Shown here piece after piece: positions 1-9,753 of a stretch of 64,000 nucleotides of DNA. The stretch is from a virus: IMG/VR virus record IMGVR_UViG_3300024258_000005; one strand, written 5' to 3'. Under the pieces are notes generated by a model that was not told the origin of the DNA, searched no databases, and worked only from the letters and a program-made list of their open reading frames with translations. The translations under genes and the position numbers were made by a program. The stretch's first letter is position 1, and every line of letters begins with the position of its first letter.

Positions 1-498
1 TGCATATTTTAAAAATAATTCATTATTAATTTCTGAACTAAGACCTGATTGAATACTAGCTTCTGTAAGGATTCTAGCTTCTGATTTATAATCAGCCAAT
101 AGTGTACCTTCAAATAATGGAAGAGCGAAATCTTTATTAACAGAATTTGTAAAGTTCTTAGAGTAAATTTCCATTACTGTACTTTCTGTTAATTCTTGAG
201 TATCAACTGCTTGACTAATTGTACGAGGCTTCATATTAACTTCGATAAAAATATCTTGTGTTGCTTCTAAAAGAACAGATAATTGTTCGAAGTAAGTGTC
301 TTTTTCAGACTCTTCCAATACAGAAGTTAATCCCATAAAGAATCTACCGTCGTTTCCTAATTTAGCTTCTAGAGCTGGTTCGTTATAAGTATCAGCACCA
401 ATAGTAGGTTGTTGAATACTAGCGGACTCTTCTAAAAGTTTCTTTGCGTTTGCACCAGCAGATGCTGCAGCAAACATAAATTGATTGTTATTATACAT
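1..498 (-). CDS. Probable prohead core/internal head protein, partial (runs off the left end)
   Basis: Not in the ORF track. Hand translation from ATG at 498 (RBS AGGA upstream) is open for 166 codons to base 1: MYNNNQFMFAAASAGANAKKLLEESASIQ... Rich in LLEES/VLEES/LLEA/LTES/LTEA motifs like T4-type prohead-protease sites. Confidence 0.75.
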   Translation of the reverse strand, partial: MYNNNQFMFAAASAGANAKKLLEESASIQQPTIGADTYNEPALEAKLGNDGRFFMGLTSVLEESEKDTYFEQLSVLLEATQDIFIEVNMKPRTISQAVDTQELTESTVMEIYSKNFTNSVNKDFALPLFEGTLLADYKSEARILTEASIQSGLSSEINNELFLKYA

Positions 499-513
499 TT
501 TATTTCCTATATT

Positions 514-3369
514 TTATTTATTTGGGACACAACGAGTGCCTTCTAAGTGATAACCTTGGTTACATTTGATATTACCATGCTGATCTGTACGTCCGCCTGG
601 GAATGTTAAGTTCGGCTTATGTTGATTACCTTTACCTTTACCTTTACCTTTACCTTTACCTTTACTATGGTAATTGTCTTTATTGTAAGTTCTTGATGCT
701 GCTTCAAGTTTTCTACTAGGCGCATCATATTCTTTTTCAACTTCATAATCACTAGTATTAAAACTATTAGATACCTTAGTATCTTGATTCTTCTTATTGA
801 TATCATCAAATTGTTGGTTATAAGATTTTGTTTTTGCTTTATGCTTTTCAATTAATTCACGATGATTAGTTCTTGCTAGTGCATGTTTAGCAGGTTCTTT
901 ATGCTTATCATGAACATCCATCTGCTTTTGAGCTTTAGCAATTTCAGCAACTATTTTATCTAAATCATCTGAACCACCAGCACCATATTGATTATTAAGT
1001 GCTTCCATTCTTTGTTCTTTACTAACTTTAAACATTTGATCAGATTTCATTAATAACTTATTAGCAGAAAGTTGACATAAGCCTTTCATTTCTGTAAATG
1101 ATATTTTACTAAAGATGCTACTACCAGTAAGAGATAAATAATCAGGTTGTGCTAATATAACATCAGATTTACCAATTATAAATACAGGATTCTCACTTAG
1201 TCCTAATCTCTTTAAAATATATTTCATGATATTTAAATCATTACCTAAAACAGAAGGTGGATAAGCCAATAATCCAGCTAAGTATTTTTGAGTATCAACA
1301 TAATTTAACATTTCATAAAGAGCTGTTAATGTATCTTGATTAAATATATATGTTTTGAAGTTATTTGGTTTCATAACAGTTTTTCTAATAACAACGTTCT
1401 TTTCAGTTCGCATGTTTGCATACTGCTGAGCTTGAATCATAGAGTTATCACCGTATTCTCTACCTATACGCTTAAACATTAAGTATACTTGAGTTTTGAT
1501 GATATTTTCAATATATGTTTCAATATTCTCTTTGTTATTATCTAACCATTGAGCAGCTTGTTGTTCTTTATCATTTTTATGTCTATTCATCATATCAACA
1601 GGTACAGAATTATTAATCATAATTGCTTGTTCCATTACAGAACTATGCATTGATTCATATATTGCAAATTTTAATTGATCAACATTCCAAACAATACCTT
1701 TATCTTGTAACGAACCAAGCATTTTAAATAAGCTGTCTTCACTAAAGTCTTTTCTATCACCTATAGTATCAAATATAATTTGTAAACTTTTCTTTTCATA
1801 AAGAGATACTTCTATACCATGTAGGATAGCAGTGAGTTCGCTTTGAATACCGGCAATATTATAAACTAGTGTAGATTTTCTATTTTGAGCAGCTGCTGCT
1901 GCTATTTCAGCTTCTCTGCTTTCTTGATTGATAAAAATTCTATCTGTTTTAGCATCTTTCAATATTTGATGTTGAGTATTTCTACGAGCAGTAAGTGCTT
2001 GTATTTTCATACTCGCTTCACTGTCTGTTATAGAAGCATCATTCATTAAATTATCGATTTGATTATCCAATGTATGAATTTCTAATGTAGCTTGTTCTAT
2101 ATCTTCAGCATTTGATTGACTAATACCTTTAGTATCAGATTTCGTATTATTAAACATTCCAGTCTGATGAGAAAATTTATCAAATGCTAGATTTAACTTA
2201 TTAACCATATTTAAAAGAAATGCTTCAAAATAATTATTACGTAAACTGTTAATCATTTTATCATAATTAACACTAACATCAATATCTTCACCATCTTTAT
2301 TTTTAAGACGAACTGTATTGTCTTTAATATTATCATCTATATCAACTAGGATACCATCTGTACCTTTATTACCAGCAGTATTAAAATGTATTAAAGAATC
2401 AACCATACTAAGGATCTTATTATAGTCTTGTGTCTTTTGTGCTAAGTATTGACGTTCAATACTAGAACTAACATTTACTTCATTTGGTAATCCTAAATGA
2501 CTATGAGAGTTGCCACTGTTTGTAACTCTAGTTCTAATGTTACTTGAAGTGCCTCTAGTATCATCAAAGAAGTCTGCAATATCTAAATGATTAATTTCAT
2601 TTAGTAAAAAGTTTACATCTTTTATTTGACCAGATTTTCTATCACCACCAAATAACTTATAGAATCTATTTCCAATAGAATCTTTAAGAGCAGAATTTTG
2701 ACGAGTCATACTAATTAAACCTTTATATGACTTATCTCCTGATGATTTTTTATATCCTGCTATCTTGATAAGTTTTACCATAGCAGAAATTGGATCAGTA
2801 TTGTTGTTTTTAGAAAATTCAATAAATTTAGCAACATCACTTCTTATTCTATAAGAATCATCTGCTATACCAACCTCAGATAAAGGAGTTGTTGGATATA
2901 ACATATCTTTTAAGAATAGAAAAGTTAATGAAAGTGCATCATCATATTTAATTTCTTGTAGTATTTCTTTTTGAATTAAATCATTAGTTAAAAGTAAAAA
3001 ATCATAATCATGTGAGCCATTTTTATTTGGATGTTCTATATAAATAGGATAGTTTACTTTATCTTTATAAAAGACATTACCTTCAATAATTTTATTAAAA
3101 TTCTGAAGAGATTTAAATGCTCTTTTCATTGTATTTCTTTTATTTCCTACATCAGTATTAGCGGTGGTAGGGGTACTAACAGGGTTGTTAAAATACTTAG
3201 CAATAACATCAGGTGTAATGTATTGTTGAATATCGTTTGAAGTTTTTTGCATTTGAGTATTCATAGTAATAAGATCCGCATAAGATTTAATACTATAATT
3301 ATCAATACATTGTTTTACATAATCTTCTACTTCCACTACGGGAAATGAACCAAAACGTATTTTCTTCAT
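514..3369 (-). CDS. 951-aa hypothetical protein, probably virion-associated; coiled-coil middle, basic (GK)n tail, terminal two-Cys motif
   Basis: Long ORF with AAGGA RBS inside the structural operon; ends ...SKGKGKGKGKGKGNQ...KCNQGYHLEGTRCVPNK. No recognised family. Confidence 0.7.
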   Translation of the reverse strand: MKKIRFGSFPVVEVEDYVKQCIDNYSIKSYADLITMNTQMQKTSNDIQQYITPDVIAKYFNNPVSTPTTANTDVGNKRNTMKRAFKSLQNFNKIIEGNVFYKDKVNYPIYIEHPNKNGSHDYDFLLLTNDLIQKEILQEIKYDDALSLTFLFLKDMLYPTTPLSEVGIADDSYRIRSDVAKFIEFSKNNNTDPISAMVKLIKIAGYKKSSGDKSYKGLISMTRQNSALKDSIGNRFYKLFGGDRKSGQIKDVNFLLNEINHLDIADFFDDTRGTSSNIRTRVTNSGNSHSHLGLPNEVNVSSSIERQYLAQKTQDYNKILSMVDSLIHFNTAGNKGTDGILVDIDDNIKDNTVRLKNKDGEDIDVSVNYDKMINSLRNNYFEAFLLNMVNKLNLAFDKFSHQTGMFNNTKSDTKGISQSNAEDIEQATLEIHTLDNQIDNLMNDASITDSEASMKIQALTARRNTQHQILKDAKTDRIFINQESREAEIAAAAAQNRKSTLVYNIAGIQSELTAILHGIEVSLYEKKSLQIIFDTIGDRKDFSEDSLFKMLGSLQDKGIVWNVDQLKFAIYESMHSSVMEQAIMINNSVPVDMMNRHKNDKEQQAAQWLDNNKENIETYIENIIKTQVYLMFKRIGREYGDNSMIQAQQYANMRTEKNVVIRKTVMKPNNFKTYIFNQDTLTALYEMLNYVDTQKYLAGLLAYPPSVLGNDLNIMKYILKRLGLSENPVFIIGKSDVILAQPDYLSLTGSSIFSKISFTEMKGLCQLSANKLLMKSDQMFKVSKEQRMEALNNQYGAGGSDDLDKIVAEIAKAQKQMDVHDKHKEPAKHALARTNHRELIEKHKAKTKSYNQQFDDINKKNQDTKVSNSFNTSDYEVEKEYDAPSRKLEAASRTYNKDNYHSKGKGKGKGKGKGNQHKPNLTFPGGRTDQHGNIKCNQGYHLEGTRCVPNK
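626..665. repeat. Perfect hexamer microsatellite (TTTACC)n, ~6.5 copies, encoding (GK)n
   Basis: ttacc tttacc x5 tttac read directly. Confidence 0.95.
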
Positions 3370-3384
3370 TTTATTCCTTTTATT

Positions 3385-4059
3385 TTATTTTCCATCACAT
3401 ATACTATTAAATTCACAATGTTTGCAAAAATGATGATTAGCACCAAGTATATTAAATGTTGTTGTTGGGAGAATTATTCTCTCTGTATGTTCTAAAGATT
3501 TTGTAAATTGTATTGTATTTAAATTATGATCAATTCTACCAAGTACGCTATCTATAATATAATTATATTCATAGGGTGCTATAACAAAATCATCTTTAAA
3601 ATATAGCTTATCTGATATATTTATTTGTTCTATATTCAATGCTGATTGGAAGTCAATTTTGAAATCAAATAACATAGCATCGTAATTTCGAGACATATAT
3701 TCATTATACTTATTAAATTTATTTATTTTAGATTCTCTTTGAATCAATTCAAGTTCAGAACTAAATTTCTTTTGGATATTATAATCATTCGGAAGTTCTT
3801 TAAATTGTTCATTAAACATAATATATAAATTACAACCTGAGTAAATATCGATCAAGTTATATGTTTTATCAGATACTGGGTTTTTTTCTGGCGATATAAA
3901 TGTTATATCGCCAGAATCTAAAGAGTTAACAATTGTAGGCTGAAAAGGTTTTTCTGTTGGATTAACATCCTTAGTTATAACCTTATCAACTACCCTTGTT
4001 TTTGCTTTATTGATAAGTTTATCAGGTCGCTTCGGAGCAACCATACCCATCAAATCCAT
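3385..4059 (-). CDS. Hypothetical protein with C-terminal CxxC-x5-C; possibly a degenerate Cas4/RecB-like PD-(D/E)xK fold
   Basis: C-terminal HHFCKHCEFNSIC and internal LGRIDH; canonical D-x-K not evident. Confidence 0.4.
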   Translation of the reverse strand: MDLMGMVAPKRPDKLINKAKTRVVDKVITKDVNPTEKPFQPTIVNSLDSGDITFISPEKNPVSDKTYNLIDIYSGCNLYIMFNEQFKELPNDYNIQKKFSSELELIQRESKINKFNKYNEYMSRNYDAMLFDFKIDFQSALNIEQINISDKLYFKDDFVIAPYEYNYIIDSVLGRIDHNLNTIQFTKSLEHTERIILPTTTFNILGANHHFCKHCEFNSICDGK

Positions 4060-4068
4060 ATCTTATCC

Positions 4069-4350
4069 TTATTTATCGTTCTTAGGTTTATTATCAGGCT
4101 CATTTTTAGGAGCTTTGATTGGTTTGGGAACACTAGGTGCTTTACTTTGATTCTTAGTCCATTCTACTTTAGCACGAGGACCATACTTTCTAGCAATTGC
4201 TACTTTAGCAGCAACAAATAATTTTTTAAAACGTGCAGCTTTCTTTTGTTGAATATCACCAGCATCTTTTGCCATTTTCATAGCTATAACTGCAATAGCA
4301 GCATTCTTTTTAGATTCACGAGTTCTACGAACCATTGAAGTTTGTGTCAT
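4069..4350 (-). CDS. Small, highly basic K/A-rich protein (candidate core/DNA-binding)
   Basis: 93 aa, AMKMAKDAGD...KKLFVAAKVAIARKYGPRA; RBS AAGGA. Confidence 0.6.
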   Translation of the reverse strand: MTQTSMVRRTRESKKNAAIAVIAMKMAKDAGDIQQKKAARFKKLFVAAKVAIARKYGPRAKVEWTKNQSKAPSVPKPIKAPKNEPDNKPKNDK

Positions 4351-4568
4351 TATTTTTCCTTTTCTTTATCTTTGTTTATTTTAGATTTAATATGTGTATG
4401 TTTTAAAAATTCTTTAATAACACCATATAAATAATCATCATAAAAATCAATTATATTTGTTTCTTTAAACTTACATTCAAACTCTAAATCTAATGATGCA
4501 ATGTGATGCTTAACTATACTATAGTCGCTCTCATTTGAGACTACTATGCTTTTTACTATCTTTTTCAT
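4350..4568 (-). CDS. Hypothetical protein, 72 aa
   Basis: Coupled to neighbours (1-nt overlap with the downstream gene). Confidence 0.55.
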   Translation of the reverse strand: MKKIVKSIVVSNESDYSIVKHHIASLDLEFECKFKETNIIDFYDDYLYGVIKEFLKHTHIKSKINKDKEKEK

Positions 4569-4573
4569 ATTTT

Positions 4574-5953
4574 TTACTTGTCAGAGAAACCCATTAGCTT
4601 ACGCTTCAGGTTCTTTTCTTCAGGTTTATTATATTTATAATCTTTTCTATCAAATTCATTTCTATTTTCATGAACTGTTTCAATACGTTTTGAATTTTTA
4701 GATAAGTAATCTTCTATTTCACCATCAACAGTGCTTAGTTTTTGTGATAAATAAATTGATGCTTCTCTATCAATATCAAATGTACCTTTCTTTAAATCAC
4801 GAACCATATCATCTAAGAACATACGGTACTTAGTTAAAGTAATTATATTCTCTTTGTTTAACTGATCAGACTCATCTGATACATGTAAGAAACTTAATAG
4901 TTGTTCTGGATTATTGTGAAAACCTTTTTGCATTACACGAATGATTTTTCTGTAATCTTTTGATTGACTAATATTAGCAATCATTAAGAATTTGTACATA
5001 TCAACAAGTTTCTCAGCTAGACACTTACGGTATCTAAGTAATGTATTAAACTCTTCATCTTTCTTATTTGTAGCTTTTTTGAATAAGCTTTCAATAAATA
5101 CGGTAAATACAGAATTGTATTGTGCTTTATAAAAACCTCTAATGAATCCAGCAAAGCCGCTTGGTAGTTCAACATCATCCATAACACCATTCTTCTCAAC
5201 ACATGAAGCAACTATAGTATTGATGCCATCAATTGGTGCTTTCTTATTTTGAGTTCTACTTAAAGAATTAAATAATTTACGAACTTCAGGATTAACATCA
5301 ATATTATCATAATTAAGAATATTGTTATTACTAGCACCTAATGAAGTACCTTTCATTGCTAAAAGACTTTTGGTACCGAATAAAGCTTTACCTAATCCAC
5401 CTAGAAGTCTTTCAGAAGCATCATCAGCAGCTCTAGCATATCTTGCAGGCATTAATAAACTGATACCCATAACAGTTAATGCACCAAATGCAACTAAAGG
5501 AACGGATGGTATAGCCCCTGTAGCTGCAAATATACCACTAGCAGCAGCAGCCATACCTAATCCAATACCTTCTTCAAATTGCTCTAATTCATGATTCGAA
5601 GAACCCTTATACTTAACATTAAATTGCTCAACAGTAGCTTCTAATATAATTTCTTGTGAGAAACTTAAATCACTTGTTGAATTTTCGCGAATTAATGAAT
5701 CATATGTATTTGTGTATAATTCGCTAAGAACTTCATTCTCAATAAAAGCTTTTATTGTCTCATTCTTTTGATACGTTGAATTTTCCATAAAGAATTGTTT
5801 AGAGTATTTACTTTCCATAAATCTTTCATAATTTACTTCTGCATGTTCTGCTATACTAACATCTGAGAAAATAGTATCTGTAGACTCTTCTATCTTTGTA
5901 GATAATTTTCCATAAAGATCAAAAAATAGTTCTTGACTGTGTGATAATTTCAT
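4574..5953 (-). CDS. Probable internal head (ejection) protein with a hydrophobic segment
   Basis: Acidic N-terminal ~125 aa with repeated hydrophobic-x-E-S/A/N motifs, then GIGLGMAAAASGIFAATGAIPSVPLVAFGALTVMGISLLMP. Confidence 0.55.
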   Translation of the reverse strand: MKLSHSQELFFDLYGKLSTKIEESTDTIFSDVSIAEHAEVNYERFMESKYSKQFFMENSTYQKNETIKAFIENEVLSELYTNTYDSLIRENSTSDLSFSQEIILEATVEQFNVKYKGSSNHELEQFEEGIGLGMAAAASGIFAATGAIPSVPLVAFGALTVMGISLLMPARYARAADDASERLLGGLGKALFGTKSLLAMKGTSLGASNNNILNYDNIDVNPEVRKLFNSLSRTQNKKAPIDGINTIVASCVEKNGVMDDVELPSGFAGFIRGFYKAQYNSVFTVFIESLFKKATNKKDEEFNTLLRYRKCLAEKLVDMYKFLMIANISQSKDYRKIIRVMQKGFHNNPEQLLSFLHVSDESDQLNKENIITLTKYRMFLDDMVRDLKKGTFDIDREASIYLSQKLSTVDGEIEDYLSKNSKRIETVHENRNEFDRKDYKYNKPEEKNLKRKLMGFSDK

Positions 5954-5954
5954 A

Positions 5955-6545
5955 TTAATAACCTTCTAATTTTAATTGGTCTTTTACTGAATTAAGTAGT
6001 GCATCATTTGATGGTGTGCCTAGTTCATGTGGAGAACCTTGATTTTCTGAGTTTTGCATCATCTTATGCATCTCGTTCATAATTTTCTCATACCCTTCTT
6101 CATTTTTACTTTCTTCTTTCTTAGAAGAGTTCAATTTGACGAATGCGTTAATTTTGTGATTTTCTATATCAATTGACATCTTGATATATTTTTGAATCAT
6201 ATCTTCATACTTAATAAGCATCTCTTGTACTTGAGCTAGAGTTTCAAATTGAGTAAGAATATAACTAGAGTTAATACCAGCTAATTTATAATTCTTTTCT
6301 TCTGTATATCTTTCAACTAATCTATTACTTCGATCAATCATATCATCTATGATCTTTTCTTTTGATTTTAAAGAAGTAATTTTTATCTCAGCCTCTTCAA
6401 TTTTATTATTTATATAGTTTAGTTGCTTGTTTAAATTACTTCCATAATTTTGTAAAGAGAATGTATCAATTTCATTTTCTTTTGACAATGTATCATGAGT
6501 TACTTTAATATTTGTACTACGAGTTTTGTAGTCTTTCTTTTCCAT
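5955..6545 (-). CDS. Coiled-coil hypothetical protein, 196 aa
   Basis: ORF track; heptad-rich; RBS AGGAG. Confidence 0.65.
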   Translation of the reverse strand: MEKKDYKTRSTNIKVTHDTLSKENEIDTFSLQNYGSNLNKQLNYINNKIEEAEIKITSLKSKEKIIDDMIDRSNRLVERYTEEKNYKLAGINSSYILTQFETLAQVQEMLIKYEDMIQKYIKMSIDIENHKINAFVKLNSSKKEESKNEEGYEKIMNEMHKMMQNSENQGSPHELGTPSNDALLNSVKDQLKLEGY

Positions 6546-6576
6546 TTTAAATCTCCTAACGGTTCATCTATTTTAT

Positions 6577-6585
6577 TATTTGTTA
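6577..6585 (-). promoter_or_regulatory. Candidate late promoter TAACAAATA
   Basis: ~30 nt upstream of ATG 6545; one of 7 intergenic copies. Confidence 0.55.
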
Positions 6586-6609
6586 CATCAATCGATATTT
6601 CAATAGAGT

Positions 6610-6622
6610 ATTTCTATAGTAA
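6610..6622 (-). promoter_or_regulatory. Candidate class-2 promoter motif TTACTATAGAAAT
   Basis: Recurs upstream of six other starts. Confidence 0.4.
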
Positions 6623-6688
6623 CTTTTCTATCATAAAAGATCATAAAATAATTACAATAGAAATACTCTCTGGTATAAACCACAAGAA

Positions 6689-6716
6689 ATTTACTAAGAC
6701 CAAGGTCTTAGTAAAT
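6689..6716 (-). terminator. Hairpin after the tail tube gene (13-bp stem, 2-nt loop)
   Basis: ATTTACTAAGACC-AA-GGTCTTAGTAAAT immediately after stop 6718; TTCTTG follows on the minus strand. Confidence 0.7.
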
Positions 6717-6717
6717 A

Positions 6718-7491
6718 TTATACAGGTATGTTTGTTTCGTTAGTAGCGAAGTTATTATATAGTTCACTAGTTTTAGTGAATATTTTTGCACCGTTAAGGA
6801 TACCAACCGCTTTTGTCATTACTGTATCATTTGTTTCATCTAATGGAAAACCATCAAATTTATATTGAACAGTAGGTTTAACAAATGAGTTATCTGTAAT
6901 ATTAGCATCATAAGCAGACTTAAGGTCTGTCATTGGCTGAACACCATCAAAGTAATCAATCTTAATAATATCAGATTCTTTCCAAGCGATTTGAGAATCG
7001 CCAACTTGACGAACAATAGGTTTTGTTTGGATAACCATACAAGCACCTTTATATTCAGCAGCTGAGAATGTTTCTGCAATTGTAGAAGCACCTAAATAAG
7101 GATTAATATAAGAAGTCCATTGTCTATGAATACGGAAAATAGGAGCTCCCCAGAAGTCTTTATATTGTATAGAAAATTCACGAGTAATAGTCTGGCCAGT
7201 AATGAAACTTGAATCTACACCACCCTGTCCTTGAATATCTTGTAGATTAATCTGACGATCTCCAGGAGGAGTGTAAGATTCTGCTGATACAAGTAAAAAT
7301 TCTTTAGCTTGTGTTCTAGTAATTTCAGAAGTAGCGTTATTAAAGATCTTACCTGGTACACCAAAGAATACATAGAAGTATCCTTTAATATATGGGTGAT
7401 CACCTTCAGACTTACTAGAACCACCTAAGTAACCAGTACCATCGACATTTAATGCCGATGTGTTTAATTTTATTTTATCAATGTATGCCAT
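6718..7491 (-). CDS. Tail tube protein (T4 gp19-like position)
   Basis: 257 aa directly downstream of the sheath; beta-rich with YFYVFFGVP and ITREFSIQY segments typical of tube proteins. Confidence 0.7.
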   Translation of the reverse strand: MAYIDKIKLNTSALNVDGTGYLGGSSKSEGDHPYIKGYFYVFFGVPGKIFNNATSEITRTQAKEFLLVSAESYTPPGDRQINLQDIQGQGGVDSSFITGQTITREFSIQYKDFWGAPIFRIHRQWTSYINPYLGASTIAETFSAAEYKGACMVIQTKPIVRQVGDSQIAWKESDIIKIDYFDGVQPMTDLKSAYDANITDNSFVKPTVQYKFDGFPLDETNDTVMTKAVGILNGAKIFTKTSELYNNFATNETNIPV

Positions 7492-7503
7492 AATTTAGCC
7501 TCC

Positions 7504-9636
7504 TTATACCACAATGATTGGAATATCAATTGACTCTAATGTTCCAACAGGTTTAACTGTAATTGTTAATCTTAATTTATATGTTTCATCATTAAATGTA
7601 GCTTTTACACTTGCTGATTCAAAAATACCATCAACTACGTTCTCAGGTGTAATAACCCATTTTGCAAGTTCACCTTCTGTACGAGTAACAGCAGTATCAA
7701 TTACACTACCAATAGCTTTAGTTTGTAAAAGATCTTTAAGTAATTTAGGAAGATCTTTACGAATTCTATGAAGAACTTTAACTATATTAATACGACTAAG
7801 CTTAGATGCTTTTTTGTACATTGTAAGTTGATCAATAATATAAGTACCATCAGGCTCTACAATTACTGTATTTACTTGCTCATTTCTAAGCTTTTCAATT
7901 TCCAATGAAGTAGGCGCATAAGTCAAGTTAAGTGTAGTACTAGCTAAAGTACCTTTAACCATATTTGCAACAGGTTCAGTAATAGAAAAAGTATTATCAA
8001 TACGTAAGTGACTAATCATAGCGTAGTATGATAAAGGCATATACATTCTTAAGTTATTAGCGGTTCTATGCGTTTTATTAAGCTGTCCAGAGTAAAGTGC
8101 AGAGTTATATGAACTTTGGAATAAACGCTCTTTACGAGTAGTTAAATCGCGGTCTACAAGCTCTTTAGTAATAATCGTAGGATCATAATTTAAAGGCATA
8201 GATAAAATTGGCATACTTAAACCAATATCATCAGCAAGATTAATAATAGCAACATTTACATCTATATTTTCAGTCCAATCAGGAATATAATCGAAATCAT
8301 ATTTAGGATAAAGAACTTCTCTAAGATCTTCAGTGTTGTTATAGAAATTTAACATAAGCTCTTTAGCATTTTGTGAACCAGCGGCGCTAGTGCCTTGCAT
8401 GTTAAGTTTACCATTCATGTGAAGATTTTCACCATCGGTACCAGTATAAAGTTTCATAGAATAATCCATTAACTTTGAATAAATCATATGACGTAATAAA
8501 GGAGCTTCACTCATTACTAAAATACCAAGAGGAGAGAATGTTAAATTATAAAATGCTTCTTCGCCATCAACAATATAACCATCAACAGATGCTCCAGTAA
8601 CAGCAGCAGATACAAATGTAATTTGAGAATCAGTGATTAAGATTTGCTTAGCGACTTCAGTAGCTGTATCATCAATATATTTAATAACAACATCACCTGT
8701 AGCAGCAGTGTTAGTAATAACAGCAGTTAAACGTTGAGTCGGAACTCTAACATTAACACCATTTTCAACTATAATCTCATCATATGTTTCAACTTTAACT
8801 TCATAAAATTTATCATCAGTAACTGAGTCAGCAATGATTAAACGTTGATCAGTAAGATCATCAATAGTTGCACCAGCAGCCATATCTTGAGCAAACTCTT
8901 CATTAACATTTAATGTAGCAAATTCATTAGCATCTTTAAAAACAGTATTTACAAATAAATCATTACCTGTAGTTTTGTCAATAATAGGCTCATTAGTAAT
9001 AGCATCATTTTCAATTAAAGAAAATACAACTGGGTCACCAAGAGATTTAATACCATTAATTGTTTCTTCATATACTTCTGCTTGTACAAAGTTAAACTTA
9101 TAATTAGTTTCACCATTTACATCACTATCCATTTTTTCATGTCCAGCAGCAGGTTCAAATGTTACAAAAATTGAGTTATATCCTTCACCACGAGCAGTTG
9201 CTAATGCAGAAAGAACCACATCACTATCTGGTAATCCTAATGGAGTTTCACCTGGTAAATAAGGAATGTAATTCATATCTGTTTTAGATACAATTCCTGG
9301 GTAAGATTTATATTCGCCTTCTGGTTCTTCAACTGTACCAATGTTACGAATAACATTATTAGCATATGTAGCATCATCTGGTAATAGTCTGTAAGTAATT
9401 ACGTTATCTGTTTGAGCAGCAGCTAAACCATATAGGTAACTTTTACCATATTTTTTAATATCTTCTCGACCTAAAGAGTATTTGAAAGCATCAATAGAAT
9501 CATGTTTCTTAAAGTCTTCTCTACCATATTTAAAAAAACCTGGTAGTAATATTGTTCGAGAACCGTTAATTGTTGTAGTGATTGTACTTCTGTCTATAAC
9601 AGATGTAGTTACACTAGGAATAATTGGGATATACAT
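7504..9636 (-). CDS. Tail sheath protein
   Basis: C-terminal sheath motifs: LSRINIVKVLHRIRKDL...LRLTITVKPVGTLESIDIPIIV; 710 aa. Confidence 0.9.
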   Translation of the reverse strand: MYIPIIPSVTTSVIDRSTITTTINGSRTILLPGFFKYGREDFKKHDSIDAFKYSLGREDIKKYGKSYLYGLAAAQTDNVITYRLLPDDATYANNVIRNIGTVEEPEGEYKSYPGIVSKTDMNYIPYLPGETPLGLPDSDVVLSALATARGEGYNSIFVTFEPAAGHEKMDSDVNGETNYKFNFVQAEVYEETINGIKSLGDPVVFSLIENDAITNEPIIDKTTGNDLFVNTVFKDANEFATLNVNEEFAQDMAAGATIDDLTDQRLIIADSVTDDKFYEVKVETYDEIIVENGVNVRVPTQRLTAVITNTAATGDVVIKYIDDTATEVAKQILITDSQITFVSAAVTGASVDGYIVDGEEAFYNLTFSPLGILVMSEAPLLRHMIYSKLMDYSMKLYTGTDGENLHMNGKLNMQGTSAAGSQNAKELMLNFYNNTEDLREVLYPKYDFDYIPDWTENIDVNVAIINLADDIGLSMPILSMPLNYDPTIITKELVDRDLTTRKERLFQSSYNSALYSGQLNKTHRTANNLRMYMPLSYYAMISHLRIDNTFSITEPVANMVKGTLASTTLNLTYAPTSLEIEKLRNEQVNTVIVEPDGTYIIDQLTMYKKASKLSRINIVKVLHRIRKDLPKLLKDLLQTKAIGSVIDTAVTRTEGELAKWVITPENVVDGIFESASVKATFNDETYKLRLTITVKPVGTLESIDIPIIVV

Positions 9637-9702
9637 TTATTTTCCTTATATTTGTTTTCCGTAAAAGTTTATTTTCCATTTTAATTTTCTATTTTATTTA
9701 AT

Positions 9703-9711
9703 TATTTGTTA
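9703..9711 (-). promoter_or_regulatory. Candidate late promoter TAACAAATA for sheath/tube
   Basis: ~67 nt upstream of ATG 9636. Confidence 0.6.
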
Positions 9712-9753
9712 CTTGTCTTGAATTTCAGGACAAGAATAGGAGGATAATCCTCC

